Sequence record: MK373794.1
DNA from: Escherichia phage vB_EcoS_HdK1
Length of the DNA stretch: 64,000 bases
Direction: 5' to 3' (one strand)
The number at the start of each line of letters is the position of its first letter. Position 1 is the stretch's first letter. A model generated the notes under the pieces. That model saw nothing but the letters and a program-made list of their open reading frames with translations. It made no database searches and was not told the DNA's origin. Positions 59,447 to 64,000 of this stretch are shown piece by piece. Made by a program: the position numbers and the translations under genes.

Positions 59447-60335
59447 TTCCTCCAGATATCACGCGATTCTTTAATACGGATGTTATACCGTATAAGTTGC
59501 TGCATAACTTTATGCAGGTCATCGAGATGCTTCCTTAAACGAAGACGTTTCTTGATAGCCCACAAGTTCTTCATATCCGTTCGTTGGAGATCCTCCCTTA
59601 AATACAATGAAAAGTCAGTCTGGTGATCTAAGATAAATTGGATACGCATCAAAGTATCCGACTTACGATAATCAGGATACCACTTAGGAAGCACATCTTG
59701 TTCGCCAATCATCTTACGCTCCAAACTGATCAATGTATTCAATGAGCTCTTGCAATTCTTGCTGTAACTGCACATTACCACTATTATTCGTCTGAAGTCT
59801 AACGAGGCGTTCCTTGATATGTGCAATGTGGTTAGTGCCCATCCGACGCTTCTGTACATCACACCAGCGAACAACACCATCTTCAATATATGCACGACGG
59901 GCTTTACCACGCGGGTATCGCAGCGGCGCCGAATTTCACACTTATCGCCCACCCACTTAAAGCCCAGGATCATAACAGCGTTACCTTCCGTATCAGGACA
60001 CACGTCAAAACAACTGTTGAACCCTTTACTGCGCATATACTCGTCGAGCGGAATCACCTTATCAGGCGACAACCATTGATACCCGAAGTAAATATCGACA
60101 GTGAACACCGTACCCAACATCGGAGCCGACCAGCACATATACATCCGCCCGTCATCCAACTTCTTGACCGCATTCGGCCCGCAACACGAGGCCAGCCGCC
60201 TTCCACGCTTTGACCACATTAATCGTGTTGTCCTGCTCCTGAAAGATTGCGTCTGCCTGCATATATGTAGGCGCGTCCCAGCCCGAACATTTCCTTTACA
60301 TGAGCATTAGTGATTTTAACCTTTTGATTGCGCAT
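59443..60335 (-). CDS. First gene of the leftward replication-block operon; hypothetical, with apparent internal frameshifts
   Basis: ATG at 60335 preceded by AGGTGAGG; protein-like reading switches frame at least twice before joining track ORF 59443..60219. Confidence 0.3.
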
Positions 60336-60414
60336 AACCTCACCTTTGATGATAATAAATCGATTAATTTTGAAATTCAGTTGCCGGTTTTATGTTTATT
60401 TTACGCAATGTGTT

Positions 60415-60545
60415 TTGCAATACAATATTGATATATTTTGTTTTTGCATTGCAATGTTTTTGTATTGCAAAAATTACAACAGTCTGAAGGTGAGAAATTG
60501 CAAATTTATAAAGATTGGTGAAAAAATGCACAATTTATAAAGATT
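60415..60545. promoter_or_regulatory. Early control region with four ATTGCAA/TTGCAAT half-site motifs (one perfect palindrome ATTGCAAT at 60448..60455) and a 14-bp direct repeat AATTTATAAAGATT (60503..60516 and 60532..60545)
   Basis: Motifs read directly from the sequence in the AT-rich region upstream of the leftward replication operon. Confidence 0.45.
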
Positions 60546-61309
60546 CAGCAATATACGAAACGGCGAAGCGAAGTGTATGAAAAATAAGGGAAAATTTCGA
60601 GAGTTGGGAGGTTTGTAGTGATTTATATTATTTATAAAGGGGTCTCGTGGGGTCGTCAGTAGACAACTCAAAAATAAAAAATCTTTATAAAATTTATATA
60701 AATACACACATATACACATTTTTACCTTATTTTTCATGCACTTACCTCCTTTCATTTCGTATATTAAGCGACAATATACGAGCAATATAAGAAATATTTG
60801 TTGCGCAACAACGAGGCGCTCACAAGCTCGCGCACGCGCATAATGCGGGCACGCGGTCTAACACAAAAGAAAATTGAATTGCAAGCGATTTTTGCTGAGG
60901 TAACTCTCGAAGCGAAAGCGATTTGCGAGTTTGAAATTTTGTAGCCCGAAAACGATTCTATTTTATGGTATAAATGTCGGATTTTTCGGTGAAAGGTGGC
61001 TTTTCGGTGAGGTTGGGTGGCTGGGATCGGTGTAACTGGTAGCCCATAAAGCGAAAATAGCCGCGAAAACGGGGCACGCAGCGCGATTAAATGGTTGGAT
61101 CAGTGTAAGGGTGGCGGTGAGGGGGCGAAAATGCCGCAAAATCGCTTACAGGGATGCAGGGAGTGGGCCGCTGTAAGGGCGTATAAGGCGATTAAATTGG
61201 AGTCTATGGTAATGTATGGAAGATGGATTTAGGCTCTTAGAGCGCGAATGGTGGAGCTATGGGTGAGGAATATGTGGTCAGCAGGGTAGCGCGGGAGGTT
61301 ATGCAGGTA

Positions 61310-61352
61310 CAAAAACGAAAGCGCCCCGTTGGACTTCAACAGGGCGCGGATT
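61310..61352 (-). terminator. Second copy of the early-operon terminator (same as 618..660)
   Basis: Within the terminal duplication. Confidence 0.55.
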
Positions 61353-61370
61353 GTATAATGCTTTTAGAAG

Positions 61371-61619
61371 TTATTTACTAGTTAATAATACCGCCCAGGT
61401 ATTATCTGGAAGCGTACCAACTCCGAGTATCTTAAACTGAAGCGACTTGTTCTGCATGTTGTAGTTGTCGAGTAACTCCTGGGCAGCCGCAGCAGCGTTC
61501 GCTTCACCGTTCAGGTTGTAGTCGTTTGCAGTTATTGCACACATACCGAGACCGACCGCTTTGAAGCGCATACCTTTGGATTGAGTCGGTGCAAGTGCTT
61601 TAACATGGATAGCGTTCAT
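61371..61619 (-). CDS. Duplicate of the 679..927 gene (paralog family A)
   Basis: Identical translation in the ORF track. Confidence 0.5.
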   Translation of the reverse strand: MNAIHVKALAPTQSKGMRFKAVGLGMCAITANDYNLNGEANAAAAAQELLDNYNMQNKSLQFKILGVGTLPDNTWAVLLTSK

Positions 61620-61648
61620 ATTATTTATCTCCGTTACAATTTGAAAGG

Positions 61649-61912
61649 TTAGCAGTTTTTTAACAGGTTGATGAAGCCCACCAGCGTGGACGCTGTTGCA
61701 ACCAGGCGGCCCATAGTATGCAGTTCCGCGTAAACTTTACCGTCGTCAAACACAGTTAAATAAACGTTAAGACCATTGCAACGGACGCGATATTTGCGCG
61801 AGTTATTACCAAAAGTTTCCAGCTCTGCGGTGATAGTCGCAAGATTAGCTATACGTTTGCCGATAATGCGGCGAGTGATAGTGGACTGGTTTAATACTGT
61901 AGACATAATCAT
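61649..61912 (-). CDS. Duplicate of the 957..1220 gene (paralog family B)
   Basis: Identical translation in the ORF track. Confidence 0.5.
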   Translation of the reverse strand: MIMSTVLNQSTITRRIIGKRIANLATITAELETFGNNSRKYRVRCNGLNVYLTVFDDGKVYAELHTMGRLVATASTLVGFINLLKNC

Positions 61913-61974
61913 TTCCTCTGTTAACTATGCGAAGTGCATATTATTGCCCACTGTTACTATGGGCAATGTATATG

Positions 61975-62139
61975 TCACTCAGCGGACACATATTCTAACG
62001 CTTCTGATAGTGTAGCGAAGTAACCATCGCTCACCAGATTAATAGCGTACTCAAGTTGATCGCGGGTCAGGTTGCGAAACTTGTTACGGATGTGATAGCA
62101 ACGACCGCGATAAATAACCTGGAAATAGTTGCGTTCCAT
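61975..62139 (-). CDS. Duplicate of the 1283..1447 gene
   Basis: Within the terminal duplication. Confidence 0.4.
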   Translation of the reverse strand: MERNYFQVIYRGRCYHIRNKFRNLTRDQLEYAINLVSDGYFATLSEALEYVSAE

Positions 62140-62149
62140 AATTATCCCC

Positions 62150-62395
62150 TTATGCAACGATGAACGCGTAACCGCTTTGATCCGGGAGTTCACCACCGGA
62201 AAGAATTTCAAACTCAACGCCCGCTTTATCGCTGAACTTTTTGATAAGCTCTTCCGCTGCGGCGCGGTGGTTGCCGTAAACACCAAGATCGTCACGCCAC
62301 GTGATAGTCAAGGAGCCGTTCCAACCTGTTGCTTTTACGCGCGGGTTACGGGTGGCAGTCGGGTTCATGAATTTTGTGATGATAGCTTGAGCCAT
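62150..62395 (-). CDS. Duplicate of the 1458..1703 gene
   Basis: Identical translation in the ORF track. Confidence 0.5.
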   Translation of the reverse strand: MAQAIITKFMNPTATRNPRVKATGWNGSLTITWRDDLGVYGNHRAAAEELIKKFSDKAGVEFEILSGGELPDQSGYAFIVA

Positions 62396-62400
62396 GATAA

Positions 62401-62586
62401 TTACTCCGGTAAAATTACAGTGACGTTAATATTTGCAAGGCGAGCGCACTCGCGGAAACCTTTTACATAAGCATCCATTTCGTCATAGGATGCGAAAGTT
62501 GCGTCCGGGACTGGTCCGTTGTTAATATTCACGCAATATTCGTGTTCGTCCAGGTCAACCCAACAAGTCAGAACGATAGTTTCCAT
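62401..62586 (-). CDS. Duplicate of the 1709..1894 gene
   Basis: Within the terminal duplication. Confidence 0.4.
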   Translation of the reverse strand: METIVLTCWVDLDEHEYCVNINNGPVPDATFASYDEMDAYVKGFRECARLANINVTVILPE

Positions 62587-62664
62587 ATTATTTGCCCTCC
62601 GTATAATACAGACCCGCAACTATTGGAGCTCCGAAAACTAAGAAAGCTAATAAATAGAACATAA

Positions 62665-63144
62665 TTAGTTACCCCCTTTATTGTTGAGCCCGTTGAATTT
62701 ACGCCATGCGTAGAATTCAATCGTTGCATTATTAATATTCCAACCATTAGCTTTCGCAAGGTCACGGACGTTACCAATAGTTGGCACACCATCAGGCAAC
62801 ATATTATCCAGGGCATTCCAAACGTCTGCGCATTTACCTTTAATCGGGCGACGAACCCCGTTGCGCGTTTCGCTGCGCGTTTTGCTCTTGGCTGGAGCGA
62901 CCGGAGCTTGTTGTGTGGTCACTTCCACGACAGTCGCTTTATCAGCTTCCACCAGATCGCTAGCTGCCTTATTAACCGCGCTTTCGCTGTACCAGTAGCG
63001 ACCACCGTCTTCGTGCGGTTCCTGGTGAATAAAGCTATTTGCTGTCGCAGTGTCCACATCCAGAACCTTTTTTAAGGCACGGCGAGCGTTAGACATAGTG
63101 GCGAAGAAGCGAGCGTCTTTTGCTACGCGAGTGATAGTAACCAT
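62665..63144 (-). CDS. Duplicate of the 1973..2452 gene
   Basis: Identical translation in the ORF track. Confidence 0.45.
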   Translation of the reverse strand: MVTITRVAKDARFFATMSNARRALKKVLDVDTATANSFIHQEPHEDGGRYWYSESAVNKAASDLVEADKATVVEVTTQQAPVAPAKSKTRSETRNGVRRPIKGKCADVWNALDNMLPDGVPTIGNVRDLAKANGWNINNATIEFYAWRKFNGLNNKGGN

Positions 63145-63220
63145 TGTGAATATCTCCATGTTGTTCTAGCGGATTGCTAGTGGGAGCCCACTGTTACAAT
63201 GGGCAACCATTAGCACGCTA

Positions 63221-63527
63221 TTATTGTTGAATAGCTTTATCTATCATTGCGATGAAGCAGAACACAGACCAAAGGCTATTCGCTTGGCATACTGCGCGAC
63301 CATACATTACGCTATAAGAGCTGACAGTACCGTCCTCGTTAATGCGAATATATAACGCGGTGCTGGAATACTTTTCGTTGCCCGGGAGCATTACTAAATA
63401 CTCGTCGAAACCCCAATCCCCGTCGACTTTTTCCGCAGTAAGGCCCAGTTGGTGCAGTCGCTTGCCAATAATGCGCTTAGTAATCTGAGATTGGGACATG
63501 GAACGCGGTAAGTAGATAATGGACATA
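63221..63527 (-). CDS. Duplicate of the 2529..2835 gene
   Basis: Identical translation in the ORF track. Confidence 0.5.
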
Positions 63528-63706
63528 ATGCAATCTCCCTTCGGGTGAGGCGGGCGCGGAACCCGTGTCCCGCTTAACAACCCCCTTAACCCTACACAGT
63601 TATAGTATGACAACGGGGTATCAGATGCAACTATTATCTGCAATATTTTAGAACTTTTTTAGTTGTGTTTCATAATAATAACATCCGGGACTATGCGGTA
63701 GATGGT

Positions 63707-63780
63707 GTGCCGGAAATACCAGGTAGCGCGAGCGTGCCGAAAATACCAGGTAACAGCACGCGCCGAACATACCAGGTAGC
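63707..63780. repeat. Second copy of the three tandem iteron-like repeats (same as 3015..3088)
   Basis: Within the terminal duplication. Confidence 0.55.
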
Positions 63781-64000
63781 ACATACATAGACAGCACATA
63801 GTGGGCAGGTGGATAGTAACAGATGCAATTATACTGGACGGTACAGTATAGTCATGTAATAGATAGCATACTAATTAAATAAAAAATAATAACGCGTGTA
63901 ACAATAAACAACGTTACAGTAGAGCGCGCAACAGTCACATGACGTAACAATCACCTCACTGACGATCACGGGACGTTATAGTAACGCCGCGGGGCGGCTC

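Larger units (their letters stand above)
60693..64000. repeat. Second copy of the 3308-bp terminal duplication (identical to 1..3308)
   Basis: Constant offset of 60692 between identical ORF translations and identical nucleotide text. Confidence 0.9.

Noticed and set aside
1-64000. tRNA genes, rRNA genes, CRISPR arrays
   Set aside because: No tRNA-like T-arm or anticodon-arm patterns were seen in the non-coding regions and no regularly spaced repeat-spacer array exists; the only tandem repeats are the three iterons. A tRNA-scan-type search was not possible here, so absence is provisional.
1-64000. Integrase, excisionase or CI-like repressor indicating a temperate lifestyle
   Set aside because: No tyrosine or serine recombinase-sized ORF with recognisable motifs was seen, and the small HTH proteins are not positioned as an immunity module; the genome looks virulent. 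This is an inference from reading translations only.

Overview
The window reads as one near-complete genome of a tailed dsDNA phage (siphovirus-type, lambda-like tail module), about 60.7 kb per unit, with no integrase or CI-type repressor seen, so probably virulent. The first 3,308 bp recur exactly at 60693..64000, so the window is either a wrapped/concatemeric assembly or carries a long direct terminal repeat. Layout: (i) a leftward early operon of small genes (679..2835, duplicated at 61371..63527) with a sigma70-like promoter and a rho-independent terminator; (ii) a rightward block 3477..34238 with an HNH endonuclease, two peptidase-like genes, a lysis cassette, terminase small and large subunits, portal, scaffold, major capsid, head-tail joining genes, major tail protein, tail chaperone with a -1 slippery site, tape measure, distal tail proteins, J-like tip protein, side tail fibre and fibre assembly protein, then a terminator-insulated cassette encoding a Gly-rich protein; (iii) a leftward replication and nucleotide-metabolism block 34309..60335 with DNA polymerase, a clamp-like protein, SF2 helicase, Cas4-like exonuclease, SSB-like protein, Sak4-like ATPase, ATP-dependent DNA ligase, RNase H, dUTPase and a fragmented primase-polymerase. 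The most notable system is a 7-deazaguanine DNA-modification cluster at 37265..42509 (DpdA, FolE, QueD, glutamine-amidotransferase-QueC fusion, QueE), which predicts archaeosine-type (dG+) modification of the phage DNA as described for phage 9g-like viruses; an unassigned 248-aa ORF sits inside it. At least ten conserved genes are split by apparent +/-1 frameshifts, mostly at homopolymer runs, so the sequence probably carries indel errors and small-ORF boundaries are provisional. All calls come from reading the translations and sequence by eye; no database search was run.
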